A DNA stretch of 63,004 nucleotides, filler included. It is 9 parts of 9 records of this genome, joined end to end, with 100 filler letters (N's around TTAATTAATTAA, not from the genome) between each part and the next. Parts side by side here need not be neighbours in the genome. Positions count along the whole stretch, not along the records: positions 22,295 to 28,982 come from SRR7504441_6107; positions 29,083 to 39,928 come from SRR7504441_6110; 7 more parts are not named here. One strand, 5' to 3'. The position numbers and the translations under genes were made by a program. Shown here one piece after another: positions 22,342-33,712 of the stretch (positions are counted from its first letter, which is position 1; every line of letters begins with the position of its first letter). A model generated the notes under the pieces. That model worked only from the letters and a program-made list of their open reading frames with translations, was not told the DNA's origin and did no database searches.

Positions 22342-24186
22342 ATGGCTGCGAGTGACGAGGCGGTGCGGGCTGACCGGGGGGCCGGTGGTGAGCGACGGGG
22401 GCAGATGACCCGCTTCCTCGAGGCCAATCGGATCAGCATGGGCCAGGCCGACCAGTCCGCCCGCCGTCTCCGGTCGGCATCTCTCCAGTTTGGCGGTGGG
22501 CCCCGGGGCTGGCCGCCGCTCAGCCGGGCCCAGGCAAGCTTGTGGTGTCGGGCGAGTCGACGGTGCCGGCGCTGACCGAGCAGGAGGCGATGACCGCGGT
22601 GCTCCGCAACACCGAGTTCCCCACCGGGACCGAGCCCGGCGGCCGCGAGTGGCTGGCCGGGGTGGGGCACGACCGCGAGACCACCCTGATGGAGGTGGCC
22701 AAGCAGGTGCCGCCCGGGGGGGGGCGGCGGCCAGCGGGCGGCCAGACCGTGTCGGAGCTCGACTGCCGGATCCTCAAGCCCAGCTCCGTGGCCGCGATCG
22801 AACAAGCAGGCGCCGAGCTCAAGGCCCAGGTGCTCGGCCGGCCCCGGCCCGCTCTGAGCCGGGGCCAGCTACACATGCGCGAGACGGCGGTGGCGGACGG
22901 CGAGGCGGCGTGCGAGGCGATCCAGCGGCACACGGGGGCGATGCGGCTGGCGGGCAAGAGCGCGGAGGTTCAGCGTGTCGAGCTCGAGAAAGATATTGTG
23001 GAGTGGCACCTCAAGGAGAGCGAGCAGAGTGAAGGCAAGACCCGGCGCTGGCTCGAGAGCGCCCTGACCAAGGCGCCCCGCCCGGCCGGCCTGGGCGAGC
23101 CTGCGGGCAGTGCGAGAGCACGATTGCGACTCAGGGAGAAGAACTCGAGAGGCTGCGCGCACTGCACAGGGCTGAGACCACCGAGCTCGAGAGCCGGCTG
23201 AGCGTGGCCCGGACCGAGCTGGCCTCGACCGTCCAGTCTAACGAGCTGATGGAGGCCGAATGCGCCAAGACATGCCGGCGTCTCCGGTGGGCTGCCGGCT
23301 GCTGGCTGGGCTGACAGGCCGGCAGAGAGGAGGTGTCTGAGCAAAAGTACGGCAAGGAGAGCGCGCAGGCCGAGCTGGCGCAGGCGCAGGCGGCCAACCA
23401 GCTGATGCGGGAGGAGCTGGAGGCGACCAAGCAGCGACTGGACAGCAAGGTGGCGGAGACCGATGAGCTGGTCGCTCTCAGGCTCGAGGCAATCGAGGAT
23501 GCGGCCAACACACGGAATGCGATGGCCGACGCTGTGCTCGAGAAGCAGCGCGAGAAAGTGGCCCGGTGCGAGCAAGTGCAGCTAGACAAGGTCCGGTCCG
23601 AGTGCAACCTGCGACAAGAGCTGGCGAGCGCGAGGAAGACGAACGCGCGGCTGCAGGAGGAGAAAGTGGAGGCGATCACGCGGATGGCCATGGCCAACAA
23701 GGAGTCCACCGGCTGCATCGAGCGGCTCACCCAGATCACCGATCAGAACACGGAGCTCCGTCAGACGATTGCAGGCCTGGAGGTGAGAGGGTCTGGCTGG
23801 TCCTGTGCGAGCTCGGGGCCAGGCCGAGGTCAACCGGCTGGACGCGGACAACTGCCGGCTCTCCAAGGAGCTCAGGTGCCCTGGCTGTCGGCCTGGCTGA
23901 GCGCGGGGCAGCGTGGCGTCCGATGACGTGCTCAACCTGCGGTGCGAGTACGGCTCGACCAAGCGGCGGTGGGAGCAGGCCCAGCGGGAGGTGGAGGCGC
24001 TCAAGGCCACCCAGCACGAGCCGGCCGACTACAGGCTGTACGCCCCCCCATATAAATACGCGGCCGACTCGCTGCCGGCACCGCACATGCAGCCGATCGT
24101 CGATGTTGCAGCCGGCCGACTCGTTGCCGGCACCGCACATGTTTGATCCCAGTCAATTTTTCCAGCAAACAACATCGTTCAATTAA
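22342..24186 (+). CDS. Coiled-coil protein of unknown function, multi-exon
   Basis: Heptad-rich exons (22542-, 23333-, 23913-) separated by about 40-nt GT-AG segments. Confidence 0.7.
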
Positions 24187-24403
24187 ATGATATGAGTCGA
24201 TAGTCAAGTAAAGTGCTGCCTCGTACGTATGTAGCAATCCGGATATCCGGCTAAGTGTATATTGCTTGGTATATACTGCGTACGTAGATGAGCACTCCAC
24301 GCACTCCACGCGGACACACTCCTCTCAAGATGTCGTTGGCGGCCTTCGTTTTGCCCGGGCGGTTGTTGAGCGCAGAGGTTGTGGCTCGGGGGCGTAGTCG
24401 GGG

Positions 24404-25709
24404 ATGGACCCGAGGGCCCAGCGGGCGCGGTGCTGCCGGCCGCGACCCCGGGCCCGAGCCCTGGCCGGGCAGGTCCCGGCTCTCCAACGAATCCCCGGCG
24501 ATTGCATTCTTCGCCATTACTTTCGCGTGCATGATCATCGCGCAGGTCGGCCGTCCCCTGCCGCCGGGGCCAGCTGCCGGACAGGCGCTAGCGTACGTGG
24601 CGAGCAACTTCAGCTTCCCGTCGCACCTGGCCTGGATGGCCGCTCTCTCGTTCGGTCTCCAGTGGCTGGTGTTTGTCCCGTCTGCTTGCCTCGAGACCGC
24701 GGCCTATTTCGACGTTGCCGGCAGCTCGGGCTACTTCGCGCTCGGGTTGTACAGGTGCGGGTGCCGGGCGGGGCGCCGGCGGAGCGAGCGGGCAGCCTGG
24801 TGCTTGGAGGGAATTACTTTCTCCGGCAGCTCTTGCTTACTTTCTGCGTGCTGGTCGGCCGGCCGCCGTCCAGATCCTCAGACCGGGGCAGGTGTGGGCG
24901 GCCCGTCTTGGGGTGTTCCTGTACCTGCGGACGGCCAAGGCCGGCGGTGCGAGCCCGGATGGGGGGGGAGAGACGGGGCGCAGGCGACTGCCGGTTTGAT
25001 GAGATCAAACAACACGGCGCGCGCTTCTTCAACATGTGGAGCATCCAAGCGCTCTGGGTGTTTGTGGTCTCGGTCCCTCTCTACTGCCTCAACAACACCG
25101 GGCGCAACCCGCCGCTCGGCGGGCAGGACTTGGCGGGGTTTGGGCTGTGGCTCGTGGGGTTTGCGATCGAGGTGCTCGAGCTCAGTTTGGCTCGACCGGG
25201 GGGCTGCAGGTGGTGGCCGATGCGCAGAAGACGGCGCACAACCAAGACCCGAGCACAGCCGGGAGCTTCATCCAGTCCGGGCTCTGGCGGTTCTCCCGCC
25301 ACCCGAACTACTTTGGCGAGATCTTGCTCTGGCTCGGGGTGCTGCTCGTGAGCAGCAGGGTGTTCGAGGCCGGCCAGTGGATCTGCCTGGTCTCGCCGGT
25401 GTTCGTCACCTACCTGCTGGTCAAGGTGAGCGGGATCCCGCTGCTCGAGACCAAGGCCGAGACTAAGTGGGGCCTAGACTCAGAGTACAGAGCGTACAAA
25501 GCCCGGTGACATCGCTGGCCGGCCGGTGGCTCACAGCGGGCAGCACGCCCAAGCTAGTCATGTGGTGGGTGCCGGCCTCGGGCGAGAGCGCCAGGTCGGA
25601 GCTGGCCGCGCCGATCATGTCGCAAGACCAGCATGAGGATATTCTGTTCAAAGCGAGCGACTCGGAGCCGCCACGAGACGAAGAACTTTCACCTCCAACT
25701 GCGGTGTAA
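24404..25709 (+). CDS. DUF1295 / steroid 5-alpha-reductase-like membrane protein, 7 introns
   Basis: WAARLGVFL, GDCRFDEIK, VADAQK, FIQSGLWRFSRHPNYFGEILLW, SGIPLLE. Introns 24430-72, 24546-84, 24755-95, 24854-91, 24947-83, 25172-209 and 25506-43 restore one frame. Confidence 0.92.
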
Positions 25710-25961
25710 CATTAGGTCCAAACAGTAAGCTTCATAAGGGAAGGAACTCGATCTAGAGTCGGGCGTATAGAACGGATCCGCATTTACAGCATTCACTCGA
25801 TATCAGTACAATCATGGGTACGGAATCTCTTTTATCTCCACCTGTACTACACCAGTGGTACCTATACTTGAAGTATACCATGGAGTTTAAAGATGAGATT
25901 GAAGACTGCATGCTAGATGGCATGCTACCGGTACAATCATGTAAAGCGGTGAGTAGTGAGA

Positions 25962-27452
25962 TTAATTCATGAACCGCGCTCGATTATGCCATTGAATCGG
26001 CTTTGCGAGCTTGGTATCAATTAAAGCTTTGCGGGAGCTTTTAGAGCACTCGGCGGCCCATAATGTGGCGGGGGCTGAGCACAGTCTCATTGTTGGTGTG
26101 GGCCACCGCCGGGTGGTGGTTTGGCTCGAATAATCGGAATAATGTAGTGGTCGACAAACAACTGCAGGAACAGCACAAAGTACGAGGCGTACATCGTGAT
26201 CCCGAACACCGCGGTGGTCTTGCTCAGGTGCTCGCACCCGCCGGGCTGCTCGATCGACCGCCTGCCCAACGGCTGTCAGTCGGCTGCCCCAGGATCGGTC
26301 GCCTGGTCCCCAGCACGAGCACAGCCAGCCCGAACACCATCTGCAGGATCTGGAGCGCCGTGATCAGCGGGGAGACCCACTGCTTGAGCAGCCGGCGGAC
26401 CGACTGGCCGCACTGGGTCAGTCCGAAGTAAAGATACATGACGGCGTGCACAAAGTAGTTCATAGTAGCAAACCTGCTCGCACTCAGCCGCCCGCCGCAC
26501 GCCTGAGCCACCATAGCCCAGCCCCACCCACACGAGAGGCGTAAGAGTGCCAGCAGAAGAGCATCACGCTGCGCTGGCCGGTCGCCCCCCCGCCGATCGG
26601 GTCGGGCACCTGGCATGATGGTACCAGTGCAGCAGGATCACAGGCCTCTGCCTCAGCAGCAGGAACAGAGTGTCCACCATCTCCAGCGGCTTAGAGAAGA
26701 TGAACGCGGCCACCCAAAACCTGCCCAGCCCTCCCGCCGCCTGGCCCGCCCGGGCACCCGCTCCGCCCGAACCCATATTCGAACGGGGAGGCGCACACCG
26801 AGCCTGTGAGCCCGTGCTCCTGGCCCAGGCTCGCCCAGTCGGCCAGCTGGCGGGGCACCGCCACCATGGCGACCAGCTTGGGTCCCGTGGCCAGCAGCCC
26901 AGCCGCCGAGAAGACGGCGAGCCCCATGTTCCAAGCCACGAACGGCCCGGCCGCGAACACCGGCTTGCGCCCGCTGGGTCGCGCTCAGCCCGGGCCCGCC
27001 GCCAGACCCACCGGAGCAGCCACGCGACGGTCGGCACCGCGAGCACGTAGAGCAGCGCGAGCAGCTGGCCGGCCGCTCGGGCGGGGGCGCGGCGGGGGGG
27101 GCTACCTGCGGGAGGCTCCACCAGTCGGCGGCCCAGCTGGTGATCTCCTGCGGGCCAGTTCAGCCGGCAGGCCCGGGCGACCCACCTCAGCGTCGAAGTA
27201 GGCTCTCTCCGCGGCCGACACCAGCTCCTCCTTGCGCATGATTGCCGGGGTCACCGGGCGGAGCGCGTGCCAGAGCTCGGCGGCGGACGGGGCCCAGCCC
27301 ATCACGCCATCGCCCACCGCCACGGCCACCAGCCCGGTCACCACCGCGGTGGCTCCGCCCAGCACCGCTAGCTCCGGGGCTGGCAGGCTGGGCTCGCCGC
27401 AATCCGGCAGAGGCTGCTCTCGCGCCTTTGTAGCGGCCGCTGTGCTCGCCAT
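25962..27452 (-). CDS. ELO/ELOVL fatty acid elongase, multi-exon (stop at 26087 or 25962)
   Basis: SKPLEMVDTLFLLLRQRPVILLHWYHH, MNYFVHAVMYLY, ITALQILQM, MYASYFVLFLQLF. Confidence 0.92.
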
Positions 27453-27759
27453 GCTCGCACGAGGTTCGCGATCGACCCGAGGCCAGAACGACGAAGTGAT
27501 CGATCTACTGTCAAAGGCGGTCTCTATAAGGCGGCTCGGTCGTTCGACATGTGCTCAACTTCGAACGTATATCCTTGAATTCATTTAAATCTAATATCCT
27601 GGCAACCTAAAACGCCTCAGTCATACATAGAAAAATACAATCATCATTTTGGTGGGAGCACGATTTGCCTGACATAGTATATGTACTCATACTCACAACT
27701 TTGAGCTTATTAGCAAGTTGAAGCTCCGACCGACTCGCGCGGAGCGCTGGATCAAAGCC

Positions 27760-28982
27760 TCACTTGTACCGCATAGTCTCGTAGTCGTACCCAATAGTCG
27801 GGAATTCGGACGCGAAATCCTCGACGTCGGACCGGAGTTGTGCGACCTCTTCTGGCTGGTTCTCATCAATGTGTTGCTTGAAGTCAGCCAGCTTCTTGCT
27901 GGTCAGTTTGGTCTTGAGATCGGCCGCGATCTTGATCCCGCGGACCAGGAACTGAGCCACTTGTTCAAAGTCCTTTTCCATAAACCCGCGCGAGGTGAGC
28001 GCTGGGGTCCCGATTCGGAGCCCCGAGGGCATCAAAGCCGACTTGTCACCGGGCACCGTGTTCTTGTTGGTGGCGATGTGCGCCTGCTCGAGCACGTACT
28101 CGACGCGAGCCCCGTCCGCCTTGGCCGAGCGCAGGTCGAGCAACACTAGGTGGTTGTCCGTCCCGCCGGAGACCAGTTCGATCCCATGGCTCCGGAGCGC
28201 GCCAGCCAGCGCCTGGCAGTTGGCCAGCACCTGCTGCTGGTACTGGACGTACTCCGGGGAGAGCGCCTGCTTGAGCGCCACAGCCAGCCCTGCAATCGTA
28301 TGGTTGTGTGGTCCGCCCTGATGCCCAGGGAAGACAGAGAAGTTGATCTTCTCCTCAAGGTCATACAGCGTGTCGCCCTTAGGCGAGCTGCGCCGGACCC
28401 CCTTCCGGAAGAAGATCATCGCCCCGCGCGGCCCCCGGAGCGACTTGTGCGTGGTGGTGGTCACGATGTCGGCGTACTCAAAAGGGTTGGCAGTCACACC
28501 TCCCGCCACCAGCCCACTGATGTGCGCCATGTCGCAGAGCAGGTAGGCGCCCACGCTGTCCGCGATCTCGCGCATCCGGGCGTAGTCAATCACCCTCGAG
28601 TAAGCCGAGGTGCCGGCCACCAGCACCTGCGGCCTGAACAGCTGAGCGTTCTCAGCAAGCCTGTCATAGTCAATCAGCCCGGTGCTCTCGTCCAGCCGGT
28701 AGGGCATGTTCTGGAAGTAGATCGAGGTGGCCGAGATCTTCTTGCCCGGCACTTCAAACCCGTGCGACAGGTGCCCGCCGTGCGGCAAGTCTAGCCCCAT
28801 CAGCCGGCCGTTCGGTCCCATGATCGCCGTGTACACCATGAAATTGGCCGGCGAGCCCGAAAGCGGCTGCACGTTCACCCCCCACGACTCCGGGGCCAGC
28901 CGGAACACCTCGAGCGCCCGCTCGCGGCACAGGCGCTCGGACATATCGATGAAGTCGTTCCCGCCGTAGTACCGGGCCCCGG
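27760..28982 (-). CDS. SHMT: Serine hydroxymethyltransferase (eukaryotic type), 5'-truncated
   Basis: [56 protein letters not shown]. Confidence 0.98.
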
Positions 28983-29082
28983 NNNNNNNNNNNNNNNNNN
29001 NNNNNNNNNNNNNNNNNNNNNNNNNNTTAATTAATTAANNNNNNNNNNNNNNNNNNNNNNNNNNNNNNNNNNNNNNNNNNNN

Positions 29083-29485
29083 CCTGTATCTCGATCTCAA
29101 ACTGGGCAGCTGGAGATCGGCAGTCGGCGAGGGCCGCCCCCTGAGCCGAGATCCCGAGGCAGAGCGGCGCATCGAGCAGCTGGCGCGTGGCCAGCCGGCT
29201 GCCCTGGACCGCCCAATATTGGTTTGCCCGCAGGCGCATTGGGCCCGATCCACAGGGCTGCAGCGTCACCGGGCTCCCAGCCGGGGCGCGGTAGGCACCT
29301 CCACCGCTGATCTGCAGGCAGAGGCCCAGGGTCGAGGCCACAGCGGCCGGGCTTACAAATGGCGGGACTGTTTTGAGGCTGAAGGTCTGGTTGTCGGCGC
29401 CAGCGGAGCACGGGGCGAGTGCCAACTGAGGACCAGCTGAGACGACCGTACAGCACAGGGCGAACACCGCGACGGCGACCTTCAT
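29083..29485 (-). CDS. Secreted protein with a ricin-B (beta-trefoil) lectin domain, 3'-truncated
   Basis: Signal MKVAVAVFALCCTVVSA. Motifs GLCLQI, VTLQPC...NQYW, LCLGI. Confidence 0.75.
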
Positions 29486-29505
29486 TGGCCTGGGCCCTTT
29501 CACTT

Positions 29506-29521
29506 TCCGTTATATAACGGA
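29506..29521. promoter_or_regulatory. Perfect 16-bp palindrome with TATA core in a divergent promoter
   Basis: TCCGTTATATAACGGA between ATGs at 29485(-) and 29577(+). Confidence 0.5.
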
Positions 29522-29576
29522 TGTTGAGCACCCGACACTCGACCAAGACGGCATCATACCCGTGCACCTATTGAGC

Positions 29577-32260
29577 ATGCTGCTGCTCCTCCTCCTCGGC
29601 GGGGTAGTCAGTCTGGGCAAGGCCGGCAGCATCTGCTCGGGCGAGTTCGCGCGGCAGAAATGGTGCGACCCGGCAGCCCCACTCGAGCAGCGGGTCGAGG
29701 ACATGATCAGCCGGATGAGCCTGCCGGACAAAATCGCCGCGCTGGCTTCGAGCAACAACGCCGCCCCCTCTCTCGGGCTGCCCAGCTACAACTGGCGCTC
29801 GGAGGCCAACAACGGACTCGACTACTTCGACTCGCACAACCCACTCACCCCGCACTCGACCAAGACGGCATACCCGTGCACCACATCCATGGCGTTCAAC
29901 CGGAGCCTTGTGCGGGCGCTCGGGGCTCAGCTCGGAGCCGAGGCGCGGGCCATGGCCAACGTGGGCAGCGCCGCCGGGACCTGGTGGCACCCGGTGATCA
30001 ACCTGGCCAGGGACCCCCGCTGGGGCCGCAACTACGAGACCCCGGGCGAGGAGTGCGCCGCCCGGGGCCGGCCAGGCACTAAGCGGTGCGGTCAGCCCGT
30101 ACGTTTCGGGCGAGTATGCGGCCGCGTTCGTGCAAGGATTCCAGGAGTCGCCAGTGGATCCCGGGCACCTGCAGGCCTCAGCATGCTGCAAGGTGGGCCA
30201 GCAATCGCCCTAGCGGTGTGAATGCGAGTTGTGGGTGTGCAGCATTACGATGCAAACTCTATGGAGAGTACCACAGAGGCCGGGGTCACGTTTACCAGGC
30301 ACGACTTTAATGCCAACGTGACGATCCAGGACCTAGTCGACAGCTATTTGCCCGCCTTCCAGAGCTGTGTAGAGAAGGGCCGGGTGTCGGGGTTGATGTG
30401 CAGCTAGTCAGTCTCTGCTTGTCACGCTGGTCAGCTGACCGGCCGTGTGTGCAGCAACGCTATCAATGGAGTGCACTCGTGCGCCAACAGCTGGTTGCTC
30501 AAAACTGTGGCTCGCCAGGCCTGGGGCTTTGACGGATACATTACTGCTGACTGTGATGCTGACGGAGACTCGTACAACAGCCACATGGAGACTCCCGAGG
30601 AAGCGGTCCGAAATGTCCTGAGGGCTGGCACGGAGTGAGTCTCTTTGATGATGCTGTCAGCTGAGTAGCTTTGGGTGGTTGCAGCAATGATTGCGGGACC
30701 TTTGTGAGCCGACACGCCCTCTCCGCGCTCAACAAGAGTGTGATTACAGTCGATGACATCGATCAGAGGCTAGCGATGATGTTCAGGGTGCGCATGCGCT
30801 TGCTGCACTTTGATCCGCCGACAACCAGTGCTCTGCAAAAGATTCCAACCTCTGTGATTTGCTCCGACTACGCCAAGGCGCTGACAAAAGATGCTGTAAC
30901 CCAGGCCGTTGCGCTGATCAAGAACAGCGATCGCACACTGCCGTTGAATCCGGACGCTAACCGAACACTGGCGATAATCGGCCCCAATGCCAATCTAACG
31001 AGCACTTGCCAGGCAGGAGGTGGACCTGGTGGGAACGAAAACTGCTATGGCGGCGCATGCGACGATTACTTCCCGTCTCTCGTAGATGCACTGCAACAGT
31101 ATGCGCCGAAAATCGAGTGGGCCCAGGGCTGCGAGCAAGGGCTGCCAGAAGGCTGGGGGCAACCCAATGCAACGCAGGACGCCATCTACACCGCCGCTGC
31201 AGTCGAACTGGCCGCACGGGTCGATACGGTAGTGTTGGCTGTTGGCACAAACCTATCAATGGCCCACGAGTCGCACGATGCCACCTCGTTGGCCCTCCCA
31301 GCTGGCCAGCTGGCCCTGATTGCGGCAGTGACTGCTGTTGCCAAGAGCCCAGTGGTTGCTGTGACGCTCACAGGCGTTCCGCTCGACCTATCGCCGCTGC
31401 TCAACAATCCCATGGTCGGTGCTGTCATGCACGCAGGGCAGCCGGCGGTGCAAACACTCGGCATAGGCGACTTGCTGTTTGGCAAGCGCTCGCCGGCTGG
31501 TCGAGTGACCTCGACCATGTATCCAGCCAGCCTTGCGGGCCAGCTCTCGATCTTTGATATGAACATGAGGCCGGGGCCATCAGCATTCCCTAGGCCAGAC
31601 TGCAACTGCAGCACGCATTGCTGTGGAACCCAGTGCCTGTGCCGCAACACAACGGGCGAGCCCATGCGATATTGTCAGTGCGGCTCTACTGGGTGCAACA
31701 TCAAGCCACTGTCACCGCTCCCTCCGTGTCCACGAGGAGCCAATCCTGGTCGTACGCACCGATTCTTCACCGGCACGCCTGTGGTTCCCTTCGGGTTCGG
31801 CCTCAGCTTCTCCACATTCTCATACGCGATCGCCTCGCATCCGCAAGGTATCGTGTCTCTTGATGCAGTGCGCCAACTCCTATCCGATACAACCACGCGC
31901 CAACAGTTCCCCCCGATGAGTGCGGCTCGCCACCCTGCAGCAGTGCCAGCCAGCTATGTCGTCAACGTGACAAACACTGGCAGCATGGACGCCGATGATG
32001 TGGTCCTCGGGTTCCTCAAGCCGCCAGGAGCCGGAATCAACGGCGTGGCGCTGCAGACATTGTTTGGGTACGAACGTGTGCACGTCAGGGCAGGCGACAG
32101 CGTGTTGGTCACTTTATATCCGTCGATGACCGACTTCACCCATGTCGGGTTGAGTGGAGAGCGCTCAGCTTTGGTCGGCGAGTACACGGTCCAGTTTGGG
32201 TTAGCTGAGACGCGTGAGCTTGGCCAAGGGTTTGCTGAACATAAGATGATAGCGAAATGA
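29577..32260 (+). CDS. Secreted GH3 beta-xylosidase-like glycosidase, 4 introns
   Basis: [47 protein letters not shown] (nucleophile Asp), [11 protein letters not shown], FnIII-like tail. Confidence 0.95.
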
Positions 32261-32352
32261 TTTTACTCGCACAGTACTCGTACAGCTTCGTAGTAAGTAG
32301 ATCTAGAGTACTAGATCTAATTGATCACTGATTGATTTAATTGTCACCTCTA

Positions 32353-33486
32353 TTAATCTGTAACCTCGACTGTCTTTTCCACTTGGTCCATAAGGTCTTG
32401 ATACCCATCGTCAGTTGGCTTACGCGAAAACAGCTGCACACCAGTCAGCAGTCAGAGTACTCGACAGGCCTGTTTGGGGGTAGAAATGACAAATGCTATG
32501 AAACTCAGTGGTCACCTTAAGCAGCTCAGATCTTATCGCTCGCGGGTAGGCGTAAACAAACGTATCAAACAGGCCGTGCAGCGCAGTGCATGCCCCACAG
32601 GCTACCACCAGCCAAGATCTCGGCGGCGCATTGGGTGAGCCTAACTCTTCACAGCGCATCACGGTGGCCGCGGTTCCAGATATAACAAGAACCAGAGGGA
32701 AACCTAACAGATGAAGCAACAATCTGGAAGATTTTCTCGAGTCGGCGTCCTCCGGGCCCCTGGTACGTGCCACCAGCCGGCGCAGCTGCACGGCCAGGAT
32801 CGAGCACACCACTGAGTTATAAATGACCGCAACCCAGAGCGGCACATAGTACTGGGCCATCCGGAGTACCTGCGCAGGCCAATCTGACTGACCAGACCGG
32901 CTCCCAGGCCGAATCCAGCACCATCCATCGGCCTTGCCGTAGTAGCCCTGCAACCGGGCTCGCCCAGCTGGCCGCGCGCACGGTGCACCGGCGGAATGGC
33001 GATCGGTAGCGCCGCCATCAGCGCCGCAGTGCCCCAGATGGCGGCGTGAAGCAGCCAGGGCCGGTTGGCGCGCACGCCGTGCCCCATGTCGGTGATGCAC
33101 AGGTCCAACGCATACTCAACGTCGATCAGCGCGCTCTCCTGCCGTTCGAGCTGCTGCACCCGCCTGAAGGTGCTGTGCACAGCCGCGGCGATCGCCACCG
33201 ACCACAGGATGCCAGCCAGCTCGAAGAAGGAGAGCAGGATGGCCTGGGTGGCGCAGAGCGCCGGGTCGTATGGGCTACCGATTATGGCGCCCACGCCCGA
33301 GAAGAAGTCGGAGATGGCCAGGTTGAGCACCAGCTGCGCAAACCAGCCGAATCGGCGGTGCGTCAGCCCCACGCCACAGATGATCAGCAGCGCCCCGGCC
33401 ATCGACAGCCCAGCGCACACCCGCCGGGCCATCTCCACCTGGGCCACCTCCGGGATGTACGAGCCACCACTGGCCCAGGGCCGCAT
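32353..33486 (-). CDS. 7TM GPCR, GCR1/cAMP-receptor-like
   Basis: LVLNLAISDF, LCATQAILLSFFELAGILWSVAIA, YGKADGWCWI, YYVPLW, LHGLFDTFVYA. Exact stop uncertain. Confidence 0.88.
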
Positions 33487-33712
33487 CGCTGGCGCGTCTC
33501 AGAGCCCTGCGCTGCTGTTCGGTCCTCAGTGCCTCACTGTGCTGCAGCTGTGGCGGCCAGATTTCAGTTGAGCGGTTGCTGGCCGTTGAGCCGGCTGCTT
33601 GCTGCGGGCTGGAGCAGCTGCGTTCGAGGTGGTGCGCGGGCAGGGGTTGGGGGCTCTCCTACAGTGAGTGCTTGCTGCTCATCGGCTCCTGAAAGCGCAG
33701 CAGTGAGCGGAG

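Noticed and set aside
18101-25543. Introns as an Introner (transposon-derived) family
   Set aside because: Lengths are uniform, but I see no shared internal sequence or TIRs between introns.
30400-30475. Stop-codon reassignment or programmed frameshifting suggested by in-frame stops (e.g. GH3 MCS*)
   Set aside because: Removing GT-AG introns restores conserved motifs (MCSYNAING). TAA, TAG and TGA all end genes normally.
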